64,000 nt of DNA from Thermoplasmata archaeon (lineage in GTDB: Archaea; Thermoplasmatota; Thermoplasmata; Lutacidiplasmatales; UBA184), in the NCBI GenBank assembly GCA_028864975.1, contig JAGWLG010000002.1:32001-96000 (forward strand). Direction: 5' to 3'. The notes beneath the pieces are model-generated. The model was given only the letters and a program-made list of their open reading frames with translations, had not been told where the DNA came from and did not search any database. A program made the position numbers and the translations under genes. Below are positions 1-9,741 of this stretch, piece after piece (the first letter of the stretch is position 1; the number at the start of each line of letters is the position of its first letter).

Positions 1-25
1 TTCGTCGGCACGGGAGCGCCCAAGA

Positions 26-2590
26 TCACGCGGAGCGCCCCCCGCTTCTCGGCGGGCGTTCTGCCTCGGGAGGAGACGGACCTCCTGCCACGGCACGCTC
101 CGAAGCGATGCGACGGGAGGGCGCGACGAAGCGGGCGGCATAGAACCAGGCCCGCGGGGATGGGAGATGGAGATGCGAGCGGTGAGGAGCGGACGGGCCC
201 CTGCGCTCCAGTCTTCCGTACACCCGGCTCTTCAGCTGGTCGAAGACCACGAGGTCCAGGCAGGAGAAAGCCCAGGCGACCCCCACCCAGACGAGAGGGA
301 GCGGGGTGATCAGGAACCCCGACACGGCGATGAGCGTCGCGACGGCCTGGGTCCCCACGACGGCGACGAGCAGGAGGTTCGCGGGGCGTGAGGACCAGAA
401 CGGGCCCTTGGTCCGCGTCGCGAAGATCCCCAGGTGGCCCGCGACGGAGAGCTTGAGGTAAAGGAGCGTCTGGATCGCGGCGAACGGTAGCACCCAGACC
501 TTCAGCGCCAGGAAGAAGAGCAGGAAGGAGAAAGCGACCCCCACCATCCCGAGCAGGAAGGCCTGGACGAGGACCGTGCGCATCTCCCATCGGACCGGTC
601 GGGGGGCGACGGTGGCGTTGTCGTACGCGATGGAGAGGATCGCTCCGTCGTTCAGCACGGCCAGGAGCACGATCATGATCGCCGTGACGGGGTAGAGCGC
701 GAAGGCGAGGATCGAGAGCGAGAGGAGGAGGAGGATACGGATGGTCTCGCCCACGCGGTAGATCGCGTAGGAGGTCATCCGCTGGAAGATCCTGCGGCTC
801 TCTTCGACGGCGCGGACCAGCACCCGAAGCCCCGGGGTCAGGAGCACCAGGCTCGCCGCGCCGCGCGCGACGTCCGTGGCGCCGGAGACCGCGACCCCGG
901 CATCCGCCTTCTTCAGCGCAGGAGCGTCGTTGACGCCGTCCCCGGTCATGCCGACGATGCGGCCCTCCGCCTGGAGGCGCTCGACGATCGCGTACTTGTC
1001 CTCGGGAAAGACCTGAGCGAACCCGTCCGCCCGGTCGATGGCCTCCGAGCGGACCGAAGCTCCCTGTCCTGGGGAAACATGCAGGACCTCCGCGGGAAGG
1101 ATGTTCGTCCCCAGCCCCAGCTGCCGCGAGGTCTCCTTCCCGATCGCGAGCTGGTCCCCGGTCAGCACCTTGACCTGGACCCCGAGGGCCTGGGCCCCGC
1201 GGACGACCTCTCTGGCGTCGGGCCGCAGGGGGTCGTAGAGCGGGAGGACCCCGAGGAAGTGCCATGGCCCGGTGCCCTCCCTGCGGGCGACGCCCAGCGT
1301 ACGGAACCCACGGGCCGCGAAGTCCGAGACGACGGACTCCGACGCATGGAGCTCCTCGCCTCTCAGGTGGGTGAGCTCGAAGAGCACCTGGCAGGCCCCC
1401 TTCGACACCGAGAGCTCGGTCCCCTGCGACGTCTGGATATGGACCTCCGTCCGTTTCACCTTCGGGTCGAAGGGGGTGAACGCGAGGACCGAGAAGGGAG
1501 CGCGTTCCGGCGCAGGGACCTTCGAGAGGATCGCAAGGTCGATCGGGTCCTGGTTCTCCTCCCGCGAGGCCAGGGCGGCCATGAGGAGCACCTCCCGTGG
1601 GTCGTGGCCGCTCAAGGCGTAGGGGTCGCCCACCGTGAGCTTGTTCTGGGTCAGGGTCCCGGTCTTGTCCGAGCAGAGGACGTCCATGCCCGCGAGCTCC
1701 TCCATGGCGGAGAGCCGGGTGACCACCGCCTGCTCGCCCGCGAGCTTCCTCGCCCCCACGGCCATCGTGACCGAGAGCACGGTCGGCATGGCGACCGGTA
1801 TCGCGGCCACCGTGAGGATGAGGGCGAACTGCAGGCTGTCAAGGAGCCGCTCCCCCCGCAACAAGGCGGCGATCTCGATGACCGCGGCCAGCGCCGCGGC
1901 CGTCACGATGAGCGCGTTCCCGATCCGAAGCACGGCGTGCTGGAAGTGGCTCACGGTGTGCGCGACCTGGACCAGCTCGCTCGTTCTTCCGAAGAACGTG
2001 TGAGGCCCGGTCCCCGAGACCACGCCGGCCGCCTCGCCTCGAGCGACCAGGGAACTGGAGTAGGCCGTGTCGCCGCCGTTCTTGGTGACAGGAAGGGATT
2101 CCCCCGTGAGCGTGGACTGGTCGAGCTCGAGCTCCGAACCCGCCGCGAGGACCGTGTCGGCGGGGACCACGTCGCCCATGCGCAAGCGGACCCGGTCGCC
2201 GGGGACGAGCTGACGCGCGGGGAGCAGGGCCCAGGCCCCGTCGCGAAGCACGCGCGCGTTCACCGCGAGCTTTGCACGAAGGGCGGCCACCGCGTTGCCG
2301 GCCTGGTGCTCCTCCCAGAACCCGACGACCCCGTTCACCACGAGAAGGACCAGGATGATGCTCAGGTCGTCCCAGTTCTCCACGAGGAGCGCGAGCGCCG
2401 CCGCGACCTCGATCATCCAGGGGATCGGGCCCCAGAAGTACCCGAGGAAGACGAGCAAGGGGTTGCGATGCTTCTCCGGGATCTCGTTGGGACCGTACCG
2501 ACCCAGGAGCTCCTTGGCCTGGGCCGAGCTGAGCCCAGGCCCCTCCGCGGAGGGGGGCGACGTCGGGGCCGGCCCGGTCCCTTTCACCAC
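26..2590 (-). CDS. P-type ATPase, plasma-membrane proton-efflux (type IIIA, Pma1-like)
   Basis: Motifs DKTGTLT (phosphorylated Asp), TGES, GDGVNDAPALK, AAIPVAMPTVLSVT and AVLNDG; N-terminal YGPNEIPEK; about 10 hydrophobic segments. Confidence 0.92.
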   Translation of the reverse strand: MVKGTGPAPTSPPSAEGPGLSSAQAKELLGRYGPNEIPEKHRNPLLVFLGYFWGPIPWMIEVAAALALLVENWDDLSIILVLLVVNGVVGFWEEHQAGNAVAALRAKLAVNARVLRDGAWALLPARQLVPGDRVRLRMGDVVPADTVLAAGSELELDQSTLTGESLPVTKNGGDTAYSSSLVARGEAAGVVSGTGPHTFFGRTSELVQVAHTVSHFQHAVLRIGNALIVTAAALAAVIEIAALLRGERLLDSLQFALILTVAAIPVAMPTVLSVTMAVGARKLAGEQAVVTRLSAMEELAGMDVLCSDKTGTLTQNKLTVGDPYALSGHDPREVLLMAALASREENQDPIDLAILSKVPAPERAPFSVLAFTPFDPKVKRTEVHIQTSQGTELSVSKGACQVLFELTHLRGEELHASESVVSDFAARGFRTLGVARREGTGPWHFLGVLPLYDPLRPDAREVVRGAQALGVQVKVLTGDQLAIGKETSRQLGLGTNILPAEVLHVSPGQGASVRSEAIDRADGFAQVFPEDKYAIVERLQAEGRIVGMTGDGVNDAPALKKADAGVAVSGATDVARGAASLVLLTPGLRVLVRAVEESRRIFQRMTSYAIYRVGETIRILLLLSLSILAFALYPVTAIMIVLLAVLNDGAILSIAYDNATVAPRPVRWEMRTVLVQAFLLGMVGVAFSFLLFFLALKVWVLPFAAIQTLLYLKLSVAGHLGIFATRTKGPFWSSRPANLLLVAVVGTQAVATLIAVSGFLITPLPLVWVGVAWAFSCLDLVVFDQLKSRVYGRLERRGPSAPHRSHLHLPSPRAWFYAARFVAPSRRIASERAVAGGPSPPEAERPPRSGGRSA

Positions 2591-2652
2591 GCCTCGGCGG
2601 AGGAGCGGGCCGAGCGATGAAGCTCACGTGGGGCGCGCCTCGGGTCGGCCCT

Positions 2653-3900
2653 TCAGAAGTGGACGAAGGGCCGCGCCTTCTGCTGCTCGTGTGGGCGCCC
2701 CTCGCCTCCCGGGGGTAGCGAGGTCCGACGCGTGGCTAGGTAGGTGAGCAGGACGAAGACACCCAGGGCGAGCCCGAAGGCCGTCCCTGAGGCCGCAGCC
2801 CCGACGTGGTCCGCAAGGAAGGCCGTCCCGAGGGTAGGGACCGCCAGCGAGAGGTAGCCGGTGAGGAAGAACCCCGAGAGGACCTCGCCTCCCACCGCGT
2901 CGGGGGCGACGCGGTCGACCAGGGTGACGGCCCCCATGTAGACGTAGCCGACGGCGACCCCCATCAGGACCCCCGATCCGAGCAGGACTGGAAGGGAGGC
3001 CAGCGGAAGGGAGAGCACGAAGAGGAGAAGGGAGAGCGCGAGCATCGGAAGTCCGAGGAGGAGGGCGTCCCGGTCCCGCACCTGACCGAGGAAGATCTGC
3101 ACGATCGCGGCACCCGCGAACATGACGGAGACGAACGCCGAAGCCTCGAACGGGGCGATCCCCGTCGCCTCCCGGACCGCCGCGGGGGCGAGCGAGGCGA
3201 AGAACCCGTAGATCGCGTAGCACGCGGCGACCCCTCCCGCCGAGATCCAGAACGGCGCCCGGATCGACCGAGGGACGGAGATGTGGCGGATGCGCAGCCG
3301 GGTCGCTCCAGGACCAGGGTGGTAGTGGGGCGGGGTGACCCGGATCGCGAGCAGGCCCAAGAGGGCCGAGGCGACCAGGAAGACATAGACGAGCTGCCGC
3401 GGGTCGGGCAGGTACGCGACCGAGAGGCTGCTGACGAGGATGCCGGTGGCGACCGCGCCGAAGTTCGCACCAACGGCGACGCGGGCGACGTGGTGCTTGT
3501 CGAGGTGGGGCTCGCGATGGGTCATCGAGACGGTGGCCGTCCCGGTCGTCGCCCCCACGGCGAGGCCGGAGACGAAGCGCGCGGCGGCGAGCGCAAGGAC
3601 TCCGTTCGCGAGGAGAAAGAGGACCCCGGAGAGGACCGTGAGGAGCATGCCCACGTAGAGGATCGGCCGGGTCCCCACGAGGTCCGCCTGAGGGGCCAAC
3701 AGGAACATCGTCAGGAGGACGCCCACGGTGTACGAGGCGAAGATCGCCGCCAGGACGGTCGACGAGAACGCATACTCCCGCTGGTAAATCGAATAGAGCG
3801 GCGTGGGCACTCCGGCCCCGAAGGCCGTGACGGCGAGCACGTAGGCGATGCGGCGGAAGGGACCCCGGGTCCGCTCCGCGACCCCGTCCGTCGGCGACAT
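2653..3900 (-). CDS. MFS transporter
   Basis: About 12 hydrophobic segments, PTPLYSIYQ, and an MFS motif-A-like ADLVGTRP. Confidence 0.88.
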   Translation of the reverse strand: MSPTDGVAERTRGPFRRIAYVLAVTAFGAGVPTPLYSIYQREYAFSSTVLAAIFASYTVGVLLTMFLLAPQADLVGTRPILYVGMLLTVLSGVLFLLANGVLALAAARFVSGLAVGATTGTATVSMTHREPHLDKHHVARVAVGANFGAVATGILVSSLSVAYLPDPRQLVYVFLVASALLGLLAIRVTPPHYHPGPGATRLRIRHISVPRSIRAPFWISAGGVAACYAIYGFFASLAPAAVREATGIAPFEASAFVSVMFAGAAIVQIFLGQVRDRDALLLGLPMLALSLLLFVLSLPLASLPVLLGSGVLMGVAVGYVYMGAVTLVDRVAPDAVGGEVLSGFFLTGYLSLAVPTLGTAFLADHVGAAASGTAFGLALGVFVLLTYLATRRTSLPPGGEGRPHEQQKARPFVHF

Positions 3901-4006
3901 GCGGCAACCTTCCGTGGGGCCCTAACCGCGGCCTGGGGGCCTCCGACCGCGGCGGCATGTTCGAAGCCGTTCTTGATGCTTGGCGAGCGGGTCGGCGAAG
4001 GGCCCT

Positions 4007-5017
4007 TCAAAGGTCCGGCAGACGAACGCCGAGCACGTGGAGACCCAGCGCGAGGACCAAGCCCACGGCGTACCACCCTGCAAAGCTGCGGTTGAGGAGG
4101 AACCCGAAGCCCACGAACCAGAGAGGCCAGGCTCCGGCCGGGTATCCCGGCGGAGGGTTTTCGGGATGGGGCCCCCGTAGCACTCGCCACGCGGGTACGG
4201 CCACCGGCAGGGAAAGAAGGGCCAAGAGAGAAGGGACCGGCAGCCGACCCCCCAGCACGAGGGCAACGACCGAGGCCGGCATCGCGACCAACAGGACCCG
4301 CATCGCGAAGCGGGCACGGGGTTCGCCCAGGATCACGGGGAGCGTGCGGATCCCCCTGCGGGCGTCGTCCTGGAGCTTGTCGATGTGCTTGCCCAAGATG
4401 ACCAACGTGGCCCCCAGACCACTGGGGATCGCCCCGAGGAGGGCGAAGAGCGAGAGCGCCCCCGTCAACACGAACGCGCTTCCGGCGACCATGAGCGGCC
4501 CCCAGATGAGGAAGACCGCGACCTCTCCGAGACCGAGGTACTTGAGCCCAGGCCGGCTCGCGTAGCCCAGCGCCAGGACGAGGCCGACCAGGGCGAGAAG
4601 TCCGACCCAGGGTCCTCGCACCCAGACCAGAAGAGCTCCGCACGCCAGCGCGGCCGCGGCGGTCGTTGCCGCCCAGGTGCGGAGCTCCTTCTCCGTCAGG
4701 AACCCTGAGAGGATGGGATGCGGGCCGTACTGGACCCGGAAGTAATTCCCTTCGTCAACGCCACTGTGGAAGTCCTCCAGGTCATTGATGAGGTTGCTCG
4801 CGGCGTGCGCGAGGACAAGACCCAGGGCGAGCGGCGGGAGGAGCCACCAGTCGACCGGGCCCTGAAGCGCCGCGAACAACGTCCCCAAGGCCACGCTCAG
4901 GACCGTGAGCAGCAGCACGGCGCCCCGCGACACGAGCAGCCATCGCGACAGCAGGCCGCAGCTCGCCCACTCCTCTCGGCCCACCTTGGGGATCGTGGTC
5001 AAAGCCCTTCGCCACAT
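4007..5017 (-). CDS. menA: UbiA-family prenyltransferase, MenA-like
   Basis: Asp-rich NLINDLEDFHSGVD and KHIDKLQDD motifs; polytopic membrane protein. Confidence 0.75.
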   Translation of the reverse strand: MWRRALTTIPKVGREEWASCGLLSRWLLVSRGAVLLLTVLSVALGTLFAALQGPVDWWLLPPLALGLVLAHAASNLINDLEDFHSGVDEGNYFRVQYGPHPILSGFLTEKELRTWAATTAAAALACGALLVWVRGPWVGLLALVGLVLALGYASRPGLKYLGLGEVAVFLIWGPLMVAGSAFVLTGALSLFALLGAIPSGLGATLVILGKHIDKLQDDARRGIRTLPVILGEPRARFAMRVLLVAMPASVVALVLGGRLPVPSLLALLSLPVAVPAWRVLRGPHPENPPPGYPAGAWPLWFVGFGFLLNRSFAGWYAVGLVLALGLHVLGVRLPDL

Positions 5018-5078
5018 GGGAACCCCGTCGAGGTCGCGCCAGCGTAGGAAGTTCCGACCTCACGGGGGAGGGAGGAGC

Positions 5079-6224
5079 TCAGCTCGGGAGCGGGGTCGCC
5101 CGCTTGCGGCTGACCAGCGTCGGGAGCTTCCCGAGCTCGGAGAGCTCGGAGGGGCTCAACTGAAGCTGGAGCGCCCCGGACGGAAGCATCCTCAACGAAC
5201 GACGGTGAGGGTCGCCCCGCAGCTGGACCGAGAGTCCCTCGGGCCCCCCGGTGGCCACGAGAGGAAGCTTGGAGCCCTTCCACTGGGTGAGGAGGGTCGA
5301 CAGGAAGGCCTCGAGCGCCTCCCCCTTACCCACCGCGAAGAACGCCTGCTGGGCGACCGACCGTCCATCGGAGCCCAGGAACAGGACCGGGACTGAAGGG
5401 AGCAACTTCGGAAAGCTCTTGGCGGGAGCCGCCGGCGAAGGCTCGCTCGATGCGGGGGGCTTCGGGGGAGCGGCGTGGGCCGCTTCCAGCTCGCCCTGCA
5501 GTCGCGCCGTATGCGACCGGGACTCCGACAGGTCGTGTGTGAGGCGCGCCACCTCGGCCTTTGCCGCCTCGAGCTCCGCCTCCGCTCGGGACCGTGCCTC
5601 TTCGCCCCGCTCCTTCTCGGTCCTCATCGTCTCGAGCTCCGCCTCGCGCGCGCGAAGCTCCTGCTCGGCCTTGTCCCAGCCGACCCGCATCTTCTCCGCC
5701 TCCGCTTTCCCTCCTCGGTGCGCTCCGAGCTCCTGGAGGGTGCGCTGAAGCTCCTCTCGGGAGGAGCTGAGGTCGTTCTCGAGCCGACCGCGGGCGCCAC
5801 GTTCCTCCTCGACCTCGCTCCTCCGGAGCGCCTTCTCCCGCTCGAGGCCCGCGGTGGCCAGGGTGAGCTTGGAGGAGAGCTCCCGCGATTCGCTCGCCAA
5901 CTGCTCCGCATCCCCCAGGGCGGCCTCCCGTTCCTTGACCGCAAGAACGAGCTCGGCGCGAAGATGAGCGACCTCGGCCATCAGGTCGGATAGGGCCAGG
6001 GTGGCAGGTCTCTCGACCAAGGCCCCACCGTCCGACCCGCTGGAGGGGCCCGAAGGGGCGAGCGACACTGGCTCCGTGGCGGAGACATCCTGGGCGAGGG
6101 AGGTCAGCTCTTCGAGCTCCCGCGCGAGAGAGCCCTGCTCCCCATCGGTGGTACCTGCGGGAGGTACCGTGGCTCCCTCCGGCGGGCGAGGCCGGGGCGG
6201 GGTCCGAGGGTCCTCGTCGGGCAT
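5079..6224 (-). CDS. Hypothetical coiled-coil protein
   Basis: Long E/A/L/R-rich heptad region flanked by Pro-rich linkers, with a small globular C-terminus; start placed at MPDEDP (ATG 6224). Confidence 0.65.
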   Translation of the reverse strand: MPDEDPRTPPRPRPPEGATVPPAGTTDGEQGSLARELEELTSLAQDVSATEPVSLAPSGPSSGSDGGALVERPATLALSDLMAEVAHLRAELVLAVKEREAALGDAEQLASESRELSSKLTLATAGLEREKALRRSEVEEERGARGRLENDLSSSREELQRTLQELGAHRGGKAEAEKMRVGWDKAEQELRAREAELETMRTEKERGEEARSRAEAELEAAKAEVARLTHDLSESRSHTARLQGELEAAHAAPPKPPASSEPSPAAPAKSFPKLLPSVPVLFLGSDGRSVAQQAFFAVGKGEALEAFLSTLLTQWKGSKLPLVATGGPEGLSVQLRGDPHRRSLRMLPSGALQLQLSPSELSELGKLPTLVSRKRATPLPS

Positions 6225-6413
6225 GATGCCTACCACCTGGCGCAGTCCTTCGCCAGGGCGGTCCTTCGGCTTAAACCTGGGGGGAGGGCGCCGCCCCCCT
6301 GCCGGGCACGGATGCGGTGGACCCCGGTTCACCAAGGGCTCTTGGGGGACGGGCCGGGTAGTGTCCCTCGAGGGAGGTTCGCTTCAAGGGCTCCCCCTCG
6401 GGAGGATGGGTCG

Positions 6414-6788
6414 ATGATGGAGCATCGTCATCTGATCGTGGGGAGCTGGTACGAGAACGGCCCTCCCTCCCGCACCGTCGAGGTCGTTTCGGAGGTGCTC
6501 TCCCACGTACGGGACCCCCCTCCAAGGGGAGAAGGGTCCCCCCGTGGGGGATTGCTCTACCGGGAACGCACGTTGTACCGGTGCGAGGGCGACAGTCCCT
6601 TCGCGGTCCACACCCTCGAGGAGTACGGCGACGATCCGCCGCGGAAGGTGGGGCTTCTGCAGCGCTACGCGTCCTGGGGCGAGGTGCTCGGGGACCACCC
6701 CGACCTCGCCCAGCGCGTCGCGGCGAACCTCCACCGGGTCGCGCGGTCGTCGTCGGCTCCTCGGCCGTTGGCGGATGCGGCCGCATAG
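6414..6788 (+). CDS. Hypothetical protein
   Basis: Fills the gap between two minus-strand genes; normal amino-acid composition; GGAGG upstream. Confidence 0.5.
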   Translation: MMEHRHLIVGSWYENGPPSRTVEVVSEVLSHVRDPPPRGEGSPRGGLLYRERTLYRCEGDSPFAVHTLEEYGDDPPRKVGLLQRYASWGEVLGDHPDLAQRVAANLHRVARSSSAPRPLADAAA

Positions 6789-6884
6789 CTCTCTCCGGGA
6801 CCGCGGCCGCGGGAGGTCTCGGCCCTTCAGTCGATTGTCTGGGTCGGCCCGTCGGAACGGATGCGCGGGGGGGCGGAACCCGCA

Positions 6885-7427
6885 TCAGATGATCTTCGCG
6901 TGGGTCGCGTTCAGCGGTCGGAACCCTCGCTTCGCATAGAAGCGTGCGGCGATCTGGTTCTGCGCGGGGAACTCGGCTGTGACGATGCCCGCCCCCTTTT
7001 CCTTCAGGATCCGGACCGTCTCCGCCAGGAGGTACTCTCCCACGTTCTTACGCCGGAAGGCCGGCAGGAGGTAGATGTCCAGGATGACCCCCTCGACCTC
7101 GGGCGTGTAGAAGATCCGGTCGCGCAGCGCGGCCCGAACGACCCCGACGACCCGGCCCTGGTCGGGCCCCGTCCCTTCACCGGCCAGGACCAGCATCTTC
7201 GGGTCCTTCACGGCGGTTTCCAGCACTCGCGTCGCGTGCGCTTCCGCGTCCATACGGACCTTGAGCAACGGGTCGAACTCCTCGTTCAGGCGCTTGAGCC
7301 GGACCAGAAGCCCGGCGAGCGCGGGGACGTCCTCCGCCTGCGCCGGTCGCACCGTGATGCGGTGGGCGGTCTCCTTGTGGCCCGCGGCGGCCTCCTCGAT
7401 CAATCTGGCGGCTTTGCTGTCCGACAT
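6885..7427 (-). CDS. GNAT-family N-acetyltransferase
   Basis: ILDIYLLPAFRRKNVGEYLL acetyl-CoA-binding motif A and ARFYAKRGF. Confidence 0.88.
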   Translation of the reverse strand: MSDSKAARLIEEAAAGHKETAHRITVRPAQAEDVPALAGLLVRLKRLNEEFDPLLKVRMDAEAHATRVLETAVKDPKMLVLAGEGTGPDQGRVVGVVRAALRDRIFYTPEVEGVILDIYLLPAFRRKNVGEYLLAETVRILKEKGAGIVTAEFPAQNQIAARFYAKRGFRPLNATHAKII

Positions 7428-7503
7428 CGTGTTTCGCTCCCCCACCCTTCGCACGCTCCTCGCTGCTCTTCTCCTCGCTTTCGTGGGTGAACTTCGATGG
7501 TCC

Positions 7504-8931
7504 CTAGTCGCTCTCCTGCCCCGGCATCGGGGGCAGCAAGCCGTTCTTCATGAGGACGCGGGAGAGCTCCTTGGGTCGGGCCATCCGCGACTGCGCGAGC
7601 TGGAGGAACTCCTCCTTCGTGCGCTTCGCTCGGGCGATGCCGAGCTCCACGGCCTTCGTGGCCACCGAGGCCGCGACCTCGGGAAAGACCCCTTCCTCGG
7701 CCATCGTGGGGAGGATGTGCTCTCGCGTGAGCCCCTTGACCTTCGCCTGGCGGGCGAGGGCCTGGGCGGCCTCCAGGGCGAGCACGTCGGGGATCCCCTT
7801 CGCGTGGGCGTCCAGGATCCCTCGGAAGACCGGGGGGAAGATCAGCGAGTTGTTGACCTGGTTCGGGAAGTCGCTCCGCCCCGTCGCGACGATCGCCGCG
7901 CCCGCGTCCCGCGCGACATGCGGCCAGACCTCGGGGTCGGGATTGGCGAGCGAGAAGACGATGGCCTCCGGGGCCATGGTCGAGATCCAATCGGGCTTGA
8001 CCATGCCGGGCTGGGGGGTCGAGGCGGCGATGAGCACGTCCGCCCCGCGAAGGGCCTCCTTGAGCCCCCCTTGGGTCCGGGCCTCGTTCGTCGTCAGCGC
8101 GAGCTCGTACTTCCATCGGTTGCGGAGCATGAGCTCGTCGATGTCCTCCCGCTCCGAGTGCAGGATCCCCCGGTGGTCCACGACGGTCAGGGCCCCCATG
8201 TCGCAGTTGAGCGCCTTCAACAGTCGGGCGGTGGCCAGGTTTGCCGCCCCCGCCCCCAGGAGGACGATCCCCGTCTGCCAGATCTTCCGGCCCGTGAGCT
8301 CGAGGGCGTTCAGGAGGCCGGCGACGGTGGCGGCCGCGGTGCCCAACTGGTCGTCGTGCCACACAGGGATCGAGAGCGAGCGCTGCAGGTCGTCCAGGAT
8401 CTGAAAGCACTTGGGGCTCGCGATATCCTCGAGGTTCACCCCGCCCAGGGCAGGCTCCAAGCGCTGGACCGTGGCGACGATCTCTGCCGGGTCCTTGGTC
8501 CGGATCGGGATCGGGAAGGCGTCGACCCCACCCAGGTACTTGAACAGGAGCGCCTTGCCCTCCATCACCGGGAGCGCCGCCTCCGGTCCCACGTCGCCCA
8601 GACCCAGGACCCGCGAACCGTCGGTCACGATGGCGATGGTGTTCCATCGCCCCGTGAGCTCGAAGGCGAGCTCGGGGTCCTTGTGGATCTGCCGCGAGAC
8701 CTCGGCGATCCCCGGGGTGTACCAGTACGAGAAGTCCTTGAGGGTCCGCACGGGGACCTTCGGGATGACCTCGATCTTCCCCGCGAAGTGGCGGGCGAGG
8801 TCGACCGCGCGTTCGGAGAGGCCCCGCGTCTCCTCCTCGGCCTCCCGGGAGCGGGCCTCCTCGAGCTCCTGGTCCGTCTTGCGCCCGCCTTCCTCGACCC
8901 CGGGGCGGGAGCGGGGGAGGACTTCGACCAT
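7504..8931 (-). CDS. mae: NAD(P)-dependent malic enzyme
   Basis: YTPGIAEV, VTDGSRVLGLGDVG, PVMEGKALLFK, NLEDI, HDDQLGTA, GAGAA, ATGRSDFPNQVNN. Confidence 0.93.
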   Translation of the reverse strand: MVEVLPRSRPGVEEGGRKTDQELEEARSREAEEETRGLSERAVDLARHFAGKIEVIPKVPVRTLKDFSYWYTPGIAEVSRQIHKDPELAFELTGRWNTIAIVTDGSRVLGLGDVGPEAALPVMEGKALLFKYLGGVDAFPIPIRTKDPAEIVATVQRLEPALGGVNLEDIASPKCFQILDDLQRSLSIPVWHDDQLGTAAATVAGLLNALELTGRKIWQTGIVLLGAGAANLATARLLKALNCDMGALTVVDHRGILHSEREDIDELMLRNRWKYELALTTNEARTQGGLKEALRGADVLIAASTPQPGMVKPDWISTMAPEAIVFSLANPDPEVWPHVARDAGAAIVATGRSDFPNQVNNSLIFPPVFRGILDAHAKGIPDVLALEAAQALARQAKVKGLTREHILPTMAEEGVFPEVAASVATKAVELGIARAKRTKEEFLQLAQSRMARPKELSRVLMKNGLLPPMPGQESD

Positions 8932-9075
8932 GAGGGCCACGACCCGAGCCCCCGTCAGGGGCGCGCGCCTAGGGATGGCCGTGGGAGACGAATAAAACGT
9001 TGGTGACGGGATTGGACGCCGCCGTCGGACCTAGGCTTGAAGAGCCCCCGACGGCATCCGTGGTCCGCGGGGTCA

Positions 9076-9675
9076 ATGCCGGCGGATTCGACGCTGCCTG
9101 CGACAGCGCCTCCGGCGCCACTTGCCCTCCCCTTCACCGCCCGCGACGCGCGCCGCGAACAGCTCCAGCGAGAGTACGAGGAGGCCGTCGCCCGCCTTCG
9201 GCGGGTGCGCCAGTACCGCTTCGTGATCTATGGCGAGGTCCGCCGTTGTCTCGCCGTCCTGGGCGACCAGGCGAGCGAGCTCGTCGGGGGCGAGAGGTAC
9301 GAGGAGCTCAAGCGTGAGAGCGAGATGCTCTCGACGGACCCCGTCCCGATCGAGGGGATGGAAGGTGAGGAGCCCCTCACGGACCCGGCCCTGGCCTGGA
9401 TGGAACCGGAATCTCTGCCGGAGGCGGTGGAGGGGCCACCCTCGCTCCCGCCCGCCCCTAGTTCGGAGGAGACGGGCCACGCGGCGAGGACCCTTCGGGA
9501 GTGCCTGGAGTACTTGGATGCCGCGGACCGCTCGATCCCGGAGTTCCACGTAGCGATCCTGCAGGCCGAGGCACGTCTCAAGGAGCTCGGCGAGACCCCG
9601 ACCGTCGCCGTCGAGGTCGTGACCAGCCCGGTCTCGCCCCCCCCGACGACCGCGCCGCCAGCTTCGACCAGCTGA
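9076..9675 (+). CDS. Hypothetical helical protein
   Basis: Two helical segments separated by an acidic/Pro linker; directly upstream of the HD gene; start uncertain. Confidence 0.55.
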   Translation: MPADSTLPATAPPAPLALPFTARDARREQLQREYEEAVARLRRVRQYRFVIYGEVRRCLAVLGDQASELVGGERYEELKRESEMLSTDPVPIEGMEGEEPLTDPALAWMEPESLPEAVEGPPSLPPAPSSEETGHAARTLRECLEYLDAADRSIPEFHVAILQAEARLKELGETPTVAVEVVTSPVSPPPTTAPPASTS

Positions 9676-9741
9676 GCGCGCCCTTCCCCCCCGTCGCCCT
9701 CGGGTTCAAGTGGCCTCCCCTCTCTCCGCGACGGTCCTGCC

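Noticed and set aside
6885-8931. GNAT downstream of malic enzyme as an acetylation-control module
   Set aside because: Only adjacency supports it; the 76-nt gap and the ubiquity of GNATs make a functional link unsupported.
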